Source of the DNA: Thermoanaerobaculia bacterium
GTDB taxonomy: Bacteria; Acidobacteriota; Thermoanaerobaculia; Gp7-AA8
Assembly: GCA_036398925.1 (NCBI GenBank)
Contig: DASWOB010000096.1
Location: 67,285-131,284, forward strand
Direction: 5' to 3'
Length of the DNA: 64,000 bases
Under the pieces are notes generated by a model. That model saw nothing but the letters and a program-made list of their open reading frames with translations. It was not told the origin of the DNA and searched no databases. Below, one piece after another: positions 1 to 8,314 of this stretch. The position numbers were made by a program, and so were the translations under genes. Position 1 is the first letter of the stretch. Each line of letters starts with the position of its first letter.

Positions 1-1
1 G

Positions 2-409
2 ACCATCGACCGCGCCGCCCTCGGCGAGACGGTCATCGGCGAGGGGACGAAGATCGACAACCTCGTCCAGATCGGCCACAACGTGAAGATCGGCAAGCAC
101 TGCCTGCTGGTCTCGCAGGTCGGCATCGCCGGCTCGACGGAGCTCGGCGACTACTGCGTCGTGGCCGGCCAGTCGGGCTTCGCCGGACACCTCAGGATCG
201 GCAGCCGCGTGCAGGTCGCGGCCAAGAGCGCCGTGCTCGAAGACGTGGCCGAGGGAACGAAAGTGATGGGCATCCCCGCGGTGCCGTTCCGCGAGTTCGC
301 GCGGCGCGAGGCGACGTTGCGACGCCTCACGCGCCGCAGGGCCGGCGGTGCGAGGGCCGAGGGCCTAGGGCCGAGGGCCGAGGGTGGGGAGCCCCAAAAT
401 ACGGAGTGA
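2..409 (+). CDS. lpxD: UDP-3-O-acylglucosamine N-acyltransferase, C-terminal part (5' end cut by window edge)
   Basis: Hexapeptide/left-handed beta-helix repeats ([30 protein letters not shown]...), followed by fabZ-lpxA as in the canonical lpxD-fabZ-lpxA cluster. Confidence 0.85.
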   Translation, partial: TIDRAALGETVIGEGTKIDNLVQIGHNVKIGKHCLLVSQVGIAGSTELGDYCVVAGQSGFAGHLRIGSRVQVAAKSAVLEDVAEGTKVMGIPAVPFREFARREATLRRLTRRRAGGARAEGLGPRAEGGEPQNTE

Positions 410-445
410 ATTCTCTCGGCCCTCGGCCCTTGGCCCTCGGCCCTC
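352..445. repeat. Imperfect long hairpin: tandem GAGGGCC(GA) units (352-390), 23-nt loop, inverted copies CTCGGCCCT... (414-445); overlaps lpxD 3' end/stop in lpxD-fabZ spacer
   Basis: Read directly: left arm gagggccgagggcctagggccgagggccgagggtgggga, right arm is its near reverse complement. Confidence 0.85.
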
Positions 446-457
446 AGTGAGGTAAGC

Positions 458-895
458 ATGTTGAACATCAACGAAATCATGAAGCTGCTGCCGCATCGTT
501 ACCCGATGCTGCTGGTCGACCGCATCCTGGAGATGGAAGAAGGGAAGCGGATCGTCGGCCTCAAGAACGTCACCGCCAACGAGCAGTTCTTCCAAGGGCA
601 TTTTCCCGGCGCGCCGGTCATGCCGGGCGTGCTGATCGTCGAGGCGATGGCGCAGTGCGGCGCGGTGCTGTTCCTGCGCTATCTCGAAGAGCGCGAGCGG
701 AAACTGTTCCTGTTCGGCGGCGTCGACAAGGCGCGTTTCCGCCGGCAGGTCGTGCCGGGCGACACGCTCATTCTCGAAGCGGTCGTGCTGCAGAAACGCG
801 CCAGCACGGTGAAGCTGAAAGGGACGGCCAGGGTGAACGACGTCGTCGTGGCCGAGGCCGAGCTGCTCAGCGTCATGGTCGACCGGCCGGAGTAA
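458..895 (+). CDS. fabZ: 3-hydroxyacyl-ACP dehydratase FabZ
   Basis: 145 aa; hot-dog fold motifs LLPHRYPMLLVDRI, FFQGHFPG.PVMPGVLIVEAMAQ. Confidence 0.95.
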   Translation: MLNINEIMKLLPHRYPMLLVDRILEMEEGKRIVGLKNVTANEQFFQGHFPGAPVMPGVLIVEAMAQCGAVLFLRYLEERERKLFLFGGVDKARFRRQVVPGDTLILEAVVLQKRASTVKLKGTARVNDVVVAEAELLSVMVDRPE

Positions 896-900
896 ATCGC

Positions 901-1680
901 ATGGCAGCCATCGCAGAGACCGCAATCATCAGTGCCGACGCCGCGCTCGCGTACGATGTCGTGGTCGGCCCGTACTCGATCATCGGGCCGCACGTCACCA
1001 TCGGTGCCGGCACGGTCATCGGACCGCACGTGCGCATCGAAGGACCGGCCACCATCGGCGAGCGCAATCGCTTCGTCGGGCAGGCCTCCATCGGCACCGA
1101 CCCGCAGGACCTCAAGTTCAAGGGCGAGAAGACCGAGCTGCGCATCGGCAACGACAACACCTTCCGCGAGTTCGTCACGCTCAATCGCGGCACGGTGGGC
1201 GGCGGCGGCGTGACCACCATCGGCTCGTCGAACTTCTTCATGGCCTACTCGCACGTCGCGCACGACTGCCACGTCGGCTCGAACGTCATCTTCGCGAACA
1301 ACGCCACGCTGGCCGGTCACGTCGAAGTGGGCGACGGCTCGACCATCGGCGCGTTCTCGGCCGTCCACCAGTTCTGCCGCGTCGGCAACCACGCCTTCAT
1401 CGGCGGCGGCACCATCGCCACGCAGGACGTGCTGCCGTTCGTGAAGACGGTCGGCAACCGCCCCGCGCAGACCTACGGCATCAACAACATCGGCCTCGAG
1501 CGCAAGGGCTTCGCGAAGGAATCGATCGAGTCGCTGCAGCGCGCCTATCGCATCCTGGTGCGCTCGAAGCTGCGGCTCGAAGAGGCGCTGACGCGCATCG
1601 AGACGGAGCTCGGCTTCGACGCCGAAGTGCGCTACCTCGTGGAGTTCATCCGCGCGTCGAAGCGGGGATTCATCCGATGA
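901..1680 (+). CDS. lpxA: acyl-ACP--UDP-N-acetylglucosamine O-acyltransferase LpxA
   Basis: 259 aa from ATG 901 (upstream ORF extension rejected); hexapeptide repeats, C-terminal helical domain; gene order lpxD-fabZ-lpxA. Confidence 0.92.
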   Translation: MAAIAETAIISADAALAYDVVVGPYSIIGPHVTIGAGTVIGPHVRIEGPATIGERNRFVGQASIGTDPQDLKFKGEKTELRIGNDNTFREFVTLNRGTVGGGGVTTIGSSNFFMAYSHVAHDCHVGSNVIFANNATLAGHVEVGDGSTIGAFSAVHQFCRVGNHAFIGGGTIATQDVLPFVKTVGNRPAQTYGINNIGLERKGFAKESIESLQRAYRILVRSKLRLEEALTRIETELGFDAEVRYLVEFIRASKRGFIR

Positions 1681-2615
1681 GGATCGGCGTCGTCGGGACG
1701 GGTTACCTCGGGCGCCTGCACGCGCGCATCATCACGGAGATCCCCGACGTGCAGGCGGCCGGCTTCGTCGAGACGAACGACACCATTGCCGCCGAGCTGC
1801 AGCAGACCCTCGGCCTGAAGCGCTTCGCGAGCGTCGAGGAGCTGGCCAAAGCGGTCGATTGCGCCGTCGTGGCCACGCCGACCACCAGCCACTTCGCCGT
1901 CGCGGCGGAGCTGATGAACGCCGGCTGCGACGTGATGATCGAAAAGCCGATCGCCGCCACCGCCGACGAAGCGCGCAAGCTGATCGCCATCGCCAACGCG
2001 AAGAAGCGGATCATCCAGGTCGGCCACGTGGAGCGCTACAACCCAGCCATCGTCGCGGTGGCGGAGCTCGTGCGCGGCGCGCGCTACTTCGAGGCGGAGC
2101 GGCTCGGCGTCTTCGTCCCGCGCTCGCTCGACATCGACGTGCTGCTCGACCTGATGATCCACGACCTCAACCTCGTGCTCTCGCTGCTCAAGCAGAAAGT
2201 GGTCGCCATCCAGGCGGTCGGCGTCCCGGTGCTGACCGACAAAGTCGACATCACCAACGTCCGTCTCGAGCTGCAGAACGGCGCGGTGGCCAACCTCACC
2301 GCCAGCCGCGTCTCGCAGGAGCGCATCCGCAAGCAGCGCTTCTTCGGCAGCGACTTTTACGTCTCCGTCGACACCAAAGAGCAGGAAGTGAAGGGGTATC
2401 GCCTGATCGACGAGGGCGGCCAGCGCGTGCTGCGCCCGTTCGAGCTGACGGTGGAGAAGAAAGAGCCGCTGCGCGCCGAGCTCGAGGCGTTCCTCGGCTG
2501 CGTGAAGACGCGCACCCGTCCGGTCGTCTCGGCCGAGGATGGGCTGGAAGCGGTGGAGCTCGCGCTGCGCGTGGCGCATGCGATCGAATCGTCTGTGAAA
2601 GGATTTCGAGGATGA
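1677..2615 (+). CDS. Gfo/Idh/MocA-family NAD(P)-dependent oxidoreductase (GnnA-like candidate)
   Basis: 312 aa, N-terminal Rossmann MRIGVVGTGYLGRLHA, EKP motif; start overlaps lpxA stop (ATGA). Confidence 0.85.
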   Translation: MRIGVVGTGYLGRLHARIITEIPDVQAAGFVETNDTIAAELQQTLGLKRFASVEELAKAVDCAVVATPTTSHFAVAAELMNAGCDVMIEKPIAATADEARKLIAIANAKKRIIQVGHVERYNPAIVAVAELVRGARYFEAERLGVFVPRSLDIDVLLDLMIHDLNLVLSLLKQKVVAIQAVGVPVLTDKVDITNVRLELQNGAVANLTASRVSQERIRKQRFFGSDFYVSVDTKEQEVKGYRLIDEGGQRVLRPFELTVEKKEPLRAELEAFLGCVKTRTRPVVSAEDGLEAVELALRVAHAIESSVKGFRG

Positions 2616-3478
2616 GCGACGCACAAATCGGCATCATCGGCGGCTCCGGCCTCTACGAGATGAGCGGCCTCTCCGTGCTCTTCGAGCGCAGCATCGACAC
2701 GCCGTTCGGCGCGCCGTCCGATCCGTACACCATCGGCGAAGTGGATGGCGTGCGCGTGGCGTTCCTCTCGCGCCACGGCCGAGGGCATCGCCTGATGCCG
2801 ACGGAGCTGAACTACCGCGCCAACATCTACGGGATGAAGGTCCTGGGTGTGCACACCATCCTGTCGGCGAGCGCGGTCGGCTCGATGAAAGAGACCTATC
2901 ACCCGACCGACATCGTCTTTCCGCATCAGTTCATCGATCGCACGCGCCACCGGCCCGACACCTTCTTCGGCAACGGCATCGTCGGGCACGTGCAGTTCGC
3001 CGATCCGATCTGCGCCAGCGTCTCGTTCCTGATGGGGGAGGCGGCGCAGGAGAACGGCGCGCGCCACCACATGGGCGGCACGTACCTCTGCATGGAAGGG
3101 CCGCAGTTCTCGACGCGCGCCGAGTCGCACCTCTACCGCAGCTGGGGCGTCGACGTGATCGGCATGACCAACCTGCAGGAGGCGAAGCTCGCGCGCGAGG
3201 CGGAGATCTGCTACGCGACGATGGCCCTCGTCACCGACTACGACTGCTGGTACGAAGAGCATGGCGACGTCAGCATCGAGGAGATCCTCGGCTATCTCCG
3301 CGCCAATGCCGGGACGGCCAACAAGATCCTGCGCGGTTCGATCAAACGCGCGGCGGAGCGGAAGCGCGACTGCGGTTGCGTCAACGCGCTGCAGTACGCC
3401 ATCCTCACCGACCCGGCCGTCATCCCGCCGCGGGTGCGCGACGACCTCGCCCCGATCATCGGCAAATACATCAAGTGA
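2612..3478 (+). CDS. mtnP: S-methyl-5'-thioadenosine phosphorylase
   Basis: 288 aa; PNP/MTAP family motifs IGIIGGSGLY, HTILSASAVGS, MTNLQEAKLAREAEICYA; ATGA overlap with upstream gene. Confidence 0.9.
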   Translation: MSDAQIGIIGGSGLYEMSGLSVLFERSIDTPFGAPSDPYTIGEVDGVRVAFLSRHGRGHRLMPTELNYRANIYGMKVLGVHTILSASAVGSMKETYHPTDIVFPHQFIDRTRHRPDTFFGNGIVGHVQFADPICASVSFLMGEAAQENGARHHMGGTYLCMEGPQFSTRAESHLYRSWGVDVIGMTNLQEAKLAREAEICYATMALVTDYDCWYEEHGDVSIEEILGYLRANAGTANKILRGSIKRAAERKRDCGCVNALQYAILTDPAVIPPRVRDDLAPIIGKYIK

Positions 3479-3491
3479 GATAGGGAGAACC

Positions 3492-4409
3492 ATGTCCATC
3501 CTCGTCGTTGGGAGCGTTGCGTTCGACGCGCTCGAAACCCCGTTCGGAAAGATCGACCGCTGCATCGGCGGCTCGGCCACCTACTTTTCGGTCGCCGCGT
3601 CGTTCTTCACCGACGTCTCGCTCGTGGCCGTGGTCGGCGACGACTTCACCGCCGAAGACGCCTCGGTCTTCAACGGCCGCCGCATCAACACCGAAGGGCT
3701 GCAGCGCATCCCGGGGGAGAAGACCTTCTTCTGGAGCGGCGAGTACGGCTACGACCTGAACGTCGCCAGGACCCGCGACACGCAGCTCAACGTCTTCGCC
3801 GGCTTCAAGCCGCAGCTGAGCGAGCAGCAGCGGAACGCCGACGTGCTCTTCCTCGCCAACATCCATCCGGAGCTGCAGATGGATGTGCTCAAGCAGTGCA
3901 AGCGCCCCCGCCTGGTGGCGCTCGACACGATGAATTACTGGATCACCTCGGAGAAGGCGGCGCTGGAGCGCATCTTCCGCGAGGTCGATCTGATCGTGAT
4001 CAACGAGGCGGAGGTCCGCCAGTTCACGAACGAGGCGAACCTGGTGAAGGGCTGCCGCCAGATCCTCGACCTCGGCCCGAAGACGCTGGTGGTCAAGCGC
4101 GGCGAGTACGGCGTGCTGATGATCACCCAGGACGCGATCTTCGCTGCACCAGCCTATCCGCTCGAGAACGTCTTCGATCCGACCGGCGCGGGCGATACCT
4201 TCGCGGGCGGCTTCCTCGGCTATCTCGCCTCACGCAGCGAGATCCACGACCGCGAGCTGCGCCGCGCGATCATCTTCGGCAGCGTGCTGGCGTCGTTCAC
4301 GGTCGAAAAGTTCTCGCTCGACCGGCTGCGCGAGATCACGCTGAACGACGTGCACGAGCGCTATCAGGACTTTCGCGCGCTCACGCACTTTGAGGATTTC
4401 GACAGGTAA
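3492..4409 (+). CDS. PfkB-family sugar/nucleoside kinase
   Basis: 305 aa; ribokinase-like fold with C-terminal DPTGAGDTFAGGF anion hole motif. Confidence 0.85.
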   Translation: MSILVVGSVAFDALETPFGKIDRCIGGSATYFSVAASFFTDVSLVAVVGDDFTAEDASVFNGRRINTEGLQRIPGEKTFFWSGEYGYDLNVARTRDTQLNVFAGFKPQLSEQQRNADVLFLANIHPELQMDVLKQCKRPRLVALDTMNYWITSEKAALERIFREVDLIVINEAEVRQFTNEANLVKGCRQILDLGPKTLVVKRGEYGVLMITQDAIFAAPAYPLENVFDPTGAGDTFAGGFLGYLASRSEIHDRELRRAIIFGSVLASFTVEKFSLDRLREITLNDVHERYQDFRALTHFEDFDR

Positions 4410-4448
4410 CCGTGTGATGAGGGCTTCGATCCGGAAGCCCTCGCCACA

Positions 4449-6122
4449 CTACTGCTGGCCGTACACGATCTCGCCACCCACCACCGTCGCCCGCACCTTC
4501 GCGTTCCAGAGCGCCAGCGGCGCGGTCGCGAAGAGGTCTCCCTCCACGATGGTCAGGTCGGCCAGCTTCCCGACCTCGATGGTGCCGCGCGTGTTCTCCT
4601 CGAACGCCGCGTAGGCCGCATCGAGCGTGAAGCCGCGAATGGCCTCCGCCAGCGTCAGCCGCTGCAGCGGATACCAGCCGCCCTCCGGCCACCCCTTCAT
4701 GTCCTGCCGCGTGACCGCCGCGGCGATGCCGTAGAACGGATTGACATCCTCGACCGGAAAGTCGGAGCCGAGCGCCAGCCGTCCTCTCGCCGCGAGAATC
4801 GTCCGCCACGCATAGGCGCCGAGCACGCGCTCGGGGCCGAGACGCTGCTCGGCCCAGTACATGTCGGAGGTGGCGTGCGTCGGCTGCATGGAGGCGATGA
4901 TGCCGCGCTGCACGAGGCGCGGGACGTCGTCCGGCGCGATGACCTGCAGGTGCTCGATGCGGAAGCGGTACTTGGCGGAGACGCCGGCGCGCTCGTACGC
5001 GTCGATGGTGTTGCGCGTGCCGCGATCGCCGATCGCGTGCGTGTTGACCTGGAAGCCGGTCGCCAGCGCACGGCGCGACAGCGCCTCGATGTGCTCCGGG
5101 GTCGCGATCATCAGCCCGCTGTTGGCGGGATCGTCGCTGTAGGGGGCGAGCAGCGCCGCGCCGCGGCTGCCGAGGGCGCCGTCGGCGTAGGTCTTGATCG
5201 AGCGGACGGTGAGGCGGTCGCCGTAATCGAGGAGCGGCCCGCTCGCGAACCACTTCTCGAGCAGTTGCGCGTTGTCGCTGAGCATCACCGAGACGCGGAT
5301 CGGGAAGCGCTTCTCGTCGATCAGCTCGCGGATGGCGCGGATGGTGTCGTCCGTGCCGCCGGCGTCGTGCATTTCGGTGAGGCCGTGCTTCGCGATGGTC
5401 TGCGCGGCGGCGAGGACGCGCGCTTTCACCTGTTCGAAGCTCGCCGCGGGGATGGCGCGCTCGACGAGACCCTGCGCGGTATCGATGAAGACGCCGGTCG
5501 GGACGCCGCTCGCGTTGCGGATGATCTTTCCGCCGGCAGGATCGGCGAGGCCGTCGGTGACGCCGGCCGCGCGCAACGCGGCGCTGTTGCCGACCCCCGC
5601 GTGACCGTCGATCCGCTCGAGCCAGACCGGATGATCGGGGACGGCCGCATCGAGTTGCGCGGCGGTCGGATACTCCTTCACCGGCCAGTCGTTCTGGTCC
5701 CAGCCGCGGCCGAGGATCCACTCGCCGGCCCGCGCGCGCGAAGCGCGCTCTTTCACGCGGGCCAGCACTTCGTCGAGGGAGGTCGTGCCGACCAGGTTGA
5801 CCGTATCGAGCGACTGCCCGAGGCCGTAGAGATGACCGTGCGCGTCGGTGAGGCCGGGCAGGATGGTGGCGTTCGAGGTATCGACCACCTTCGCGTGCGG
5901 GTTCGCGGCGCGCAGCTGATCGGCGGGGCCGACCGCGCGAATGAGGCCGCCGCTGGTGAGGACGGCGTAGCCCTTCTGGGGGCTCTGATCGCGGCCGGCC
6001 ACCACCGTTCCGCCGATGAACAACGTACCGCTGTCAGCAGGCGGTACGGTTTGTGCGGGGGGTTGGGCGGGAGCACAGGCAAACGCGAGCGTGAAGAGGG
6101 TTGCGGCCACGGTCTTACGCAT
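4449..6122 (-). CDS. Secreted/lipoprotein amidohydrolase-family metal-dependent hydrolase (Amidohydro_3-like)
   Basis: Start taken at MRKTVAATLFTLAFAC (lipobox-like signal) rather than ORF-track start 6158; HGH metal-binding motif LTDAHGHLY, C-terminal GSDFPVE. Confidence 0.8.
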   Translation of the reverse strand: MRKTVAATLFTLAFACAPAQPPAQTVPPADSGTLFIGGTVVAGRDQSPQKGYAVLTSGGLIRAVGPADQLRAANPHAKVVDTSNATILPGLTDAHGHLYGLGQSLDTVNLVGTTSLDEVLARVKERASRARAGEWILGRGWDQNDWPVKEYPTAAQLDAAVPDHPVWLERIDGHAGVGNSAALRAAGVTDGLADPAGGKIIRNASGVPTGVFIDTAQGLVERAIPAASFEQVKARVLAAAQTIAKHGLTEMHDAGGTDDTIRAIRELIDEKRFPIRVSVMLSDNAQLLEKWFASGPLLDYGDRLTVRSIKTYADGALGSRGAALLAPYSDDPANSGLMIATPEHIEALSRRALATGFQVNTHAIGDRGTRNTIDAYERAGVSAKYRFRIEHLQVIAPDDVPRLVQRGIIASMQPTHATSDMYWAEQRLGPERVLGAYAWRTILAARGRLALGSDFPVEDVNPFYGIAAAVTRQDMKGWPEGGWYPLQRLTLAEAIRGFTLDAAYAAFEENTRGTIEVGKLADLTIVEGDLFATAPLALWNAKVRATVVGGEIVYGQQ

Positions 6123-6166
6123 GAGCCGGAATGCTACACGTGAACATGCGGTTCCCACAGCGCCTC

Positions 6167-6817
6167 ATGAAAAACTTATCTGTGATCTTGCTCACACTCT
6201 CCGTCACCACAGCGGCGATGGCGAATGAGCGCAAGCTCACGGCCTCGTCGGTCCCCGCGGTGAAGCTCAAGCCGGGGAAGATCGTCATCAAGAACGACTC
6301 GCGCTCCATCACCGCGTATCGCTTCTTCGGCAATATCCGCGAATCGCTGGTGTCGCTTCGCTCGACGCGCGCGTTTGCCACCCGCTCGTTCGGCCGCGTG
6401 CTCTTCGACGGTAGCGCCAGCGCGAAGGTCCCGCCGCAGTTCGACGCCTACATTCGCGAAGCGGCCCGGACGCACGGCGTCGATCCGCGGCTCGTGGCGG
6501 CGGTCGTCCGCCGCGAATCGGCCTGGAACCCGAACGCCGTCTCCCGCGTCGGCGCCGGCGGTCTGATGCAGCTCATGCCCGCTACGGCCCGCTTCCTCGG
6601 CGTGACCGACGTCTTCGACGCCCGGCAGAACATCCACGGCGGCACGCGCTACCTGCGCACGCTGCTCGACACCTTCAACGGCGACCTCGACCTCGCCCTG
6701 GCCGCCTACAACGCCGGCCCCGGCGCGGTGGCCCGCTACAAAGGCGTTCCGCCGTATCGCGAGACGCAGGCGTACGTTGCGGCCGTGCGCGGCACGTACG
6801 AGAGCTCGCTGCGGTAG
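6167..6817 (+). CDS. Lytic transglycosylase (Slt/MltE-like domain) with signal peptide
   Basis: ESAWNPNAVSRVGAGGLMQLMP catalytic motif; start chosen at MKNLSVILL signal peptide. Confidence 0.85.
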   Translation: MKNLSVILLTLSVTTAAMANERKLTASSVPAVKLKPGKIVIKNDSRSITAYRFFGNIRESLVSLRSTRAFATRSFGRVLFDGSASAKVPPQFDAYIREAARTHGVDPRLVAAVVRRESAWNPNAVSRVGAGGLMQLMPATARFLGVTDVFDARQNIHGGTRYLRTLLDTFNGDLDLALAAYNAGPGAVARYKGVPPYRETQAYVAAVRGTYESSLR

Positions 6818-6823
6818 GGAGAT

Positions 6824-6889
6824 GCAGCTACTCAGCTGCACAGCTTCTCAGCCATTCAGGAGCTGAACGGCTGAGTAGCTGAACAGCTG
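6824..6889. repeat. Hairpin element, CAGCTGAGTAGCTG family (copy 1)
   Basis: gcagctactcagctgcacagc ... gctgagtagctgaacagctg; arms are mutual reverse complements; same units recur at 11094-11178. Confidence 0.8.
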
Positions 6890-6895
6890 TAAGCC

Positions 6896-7402
6896 TCAGT
6901 CCGAATACCACTCCGCGACCGCCGACACGACGCCGCCTTTCAGGAAGATGCTCGTGTGCCGTGCACAGCCGTCGCTGACCCGGCAGATGAAAAAGTATTC
7001 GAGGTCGCCGAAGCGGCGCAGCTCGCCATCCGGCTTGGCCGCGGTGTCTGGGCGGCCGGCCTTGCTGATGATCTCCGTGGGGCCGAGTCCCAGATCGATC
7101 CCGTTGCGGACGCGCACGTCGACGTTCGGCGACTCGATCGGCCGGCGGCAGGGGGACGTCGACGTGAGGACGATCCGTCCCGGCTTCTGGTCTTTCTTCT
7201 CGATCTGGATCAAGAGAAAACGATCGGCGGCCAGCTGGTAGCAGCCTTCCTTGCGCAGGTCGGGAAACGTGCGCTGCAGCGTCCCCAGCGGCATCTCCAT
7301 GAGCTGGTCGATGTAGATTGGATCGGCCGCGAACGCGGTGGCCGCGAACGCGGTGGCCGCGAACAGCGGCAGAAAAAGCGCGAGCAGTGCGGTTCGGTTC
7401 AT
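6896..7402 (-). CDS. Hypothetical secreted protein (168 aa)
   Basis: Start MNRTALLALFLPLF..; distinct frame from nadK, ATGA overlap with nadK stop; tandem 15-bp duplication (ATAFA ATAFA) in signal peptide. Confidence 0.6.
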   Translation of the reverse strand: MNRTALLALFLPLFAATAFAATAFAADPIYIDQLMEMPLGTLQRTFPDLRKEGCYQLAADRFLLIQIEKKDQKPGRIVLTSTSPCRRPIESPNVDVRVRNGIDLGLGPTEIISKAGRPDTAAKPDGELRRFGDLEYFFICRVSDGCARHTSIFLKGGVVSAVAEWYSD

Positions 7403-8256
7403 CCTTCCCCCCACTTCAGCTTGTTGCGCAGCACGTCGAAGTAATTCTTTTCCGGTGACTGGACGAGCAGGACGTGCTCGGCCGATTTCTGGACGCAGAC
7501 CCGGTCGGCGTCGGTGATCTCGAATCCCTCCTGGCCGTCGAGGGTCAGGAAAATGTCTTTCGCATCGGGTGTCATCAGGCCGATCTCGATGTCGAGCTCG
7601 TCCGGCAGCACGATCGGCCGGTTGGTGAGCATGTGCGGGCAGATCGGCGTCACCACCACCGCCCCCATGGTCGGATAGATGATCGGGCCGCCGGCGGAGA
7701 GGTTGTACGCCGTCGAGCCGGTCGGCGTCGAGACGATCAGCCCGTCGCCGCGGAACGTGGAGACGAAGAGCCCCGCCACGCTGACCCGCATCGAGATGAT
7801 CCGCGCCACCGCGCTCTTGTTGATGGCCACGTCGTTGAGCACGCGGTACTGCTTCTCCGGATCGCGGTCCGGCCCGTGCACGTGCACGGTGAAGGCGACC
7901 CGCGGCTCGACGAAGTAATCGCCGGCCAGGACGCGGTCGAGCATCGTCTCGAACTCCTCGACCCGGATCTCGGTGAGGAAGCCGAGCGTCCCCATGTTCA
8001 CGCCGATGATCGGCACGTGCTCCGGCGCGTGGCGTGCCACCGAGAGCAGCGTCCCGTCGCCGCCGAACGTGATCAGCAGGTCGGCCCGTTTGCCGAGCTC
8101 CGACTTGGCGGCCGACGGCTGGTCGTCGCCGACGTCGCGGGCCGTGTCTTCGTCGAGAATGACGGAGAGGCCGCGCGAGCGGATCTCCTTCGCGACGCTC
8201 GCGGCTTGCGCCAGCGCGGCTTCGGTGGATTTCGCGGCGATTCCAATCGTGCGCAT
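7399..8256 (-). CDS. nadK: NAD kinase
   Basis: GGDGT motif (ITFGGDGTLL), DGLIVSTPTGSTAYNLSAGGP; start at MRTIGIAAK. Confidence 0.9.
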   Translation of the reverse strand: MRTIGIAAKSTEAALAQAASVAKEIRSRGLSVILDEDTARDVGDDQPSAAKSELGKRADLLITFGGDGTLLSVARHAPEHVPIIGVNMGTLGFLTEIRVEEFETMLDRVLAGDYFVEPRVAFTVHVHGPDRDPEKQYRVLNDVAINKSAVARIISMRVSVAGLFVSTFRGDGLIVSTPTGSTAYNLSAGGPIIYPTMGAVVVTPICPHMLTNRPIVLPDELDIEIGLMTPDAKDIFLTLDGQEGFEITDADRVCVQKSAEHVLLVQSPEKNYFDVLRNKLKWGEG

Positions 8257-8314
8257 CAGTTTGTCGGGTGGCAGCGATGAGCATGCCACATGTAAGACCC
8301 GGATTCGAAATCGC

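Noticed and set aside
1859-3478. 539-aa ORF extending mtnP 750 bp upstream
   Set aside because: The upstream part is Arg/Gly-rich nonsense overlapping the oxidoreductase gene in another frame. A conserved MtnP N-terminus begins at ATG 2612.
6896-8284. 462-aa minus-strand ORF
   Set aside because: It is a chimeric read-through. Its N-terminal part is an alternative frame over nadK. Only the C-terminal 168 aa (6896-7402) form a plausible separate gene.
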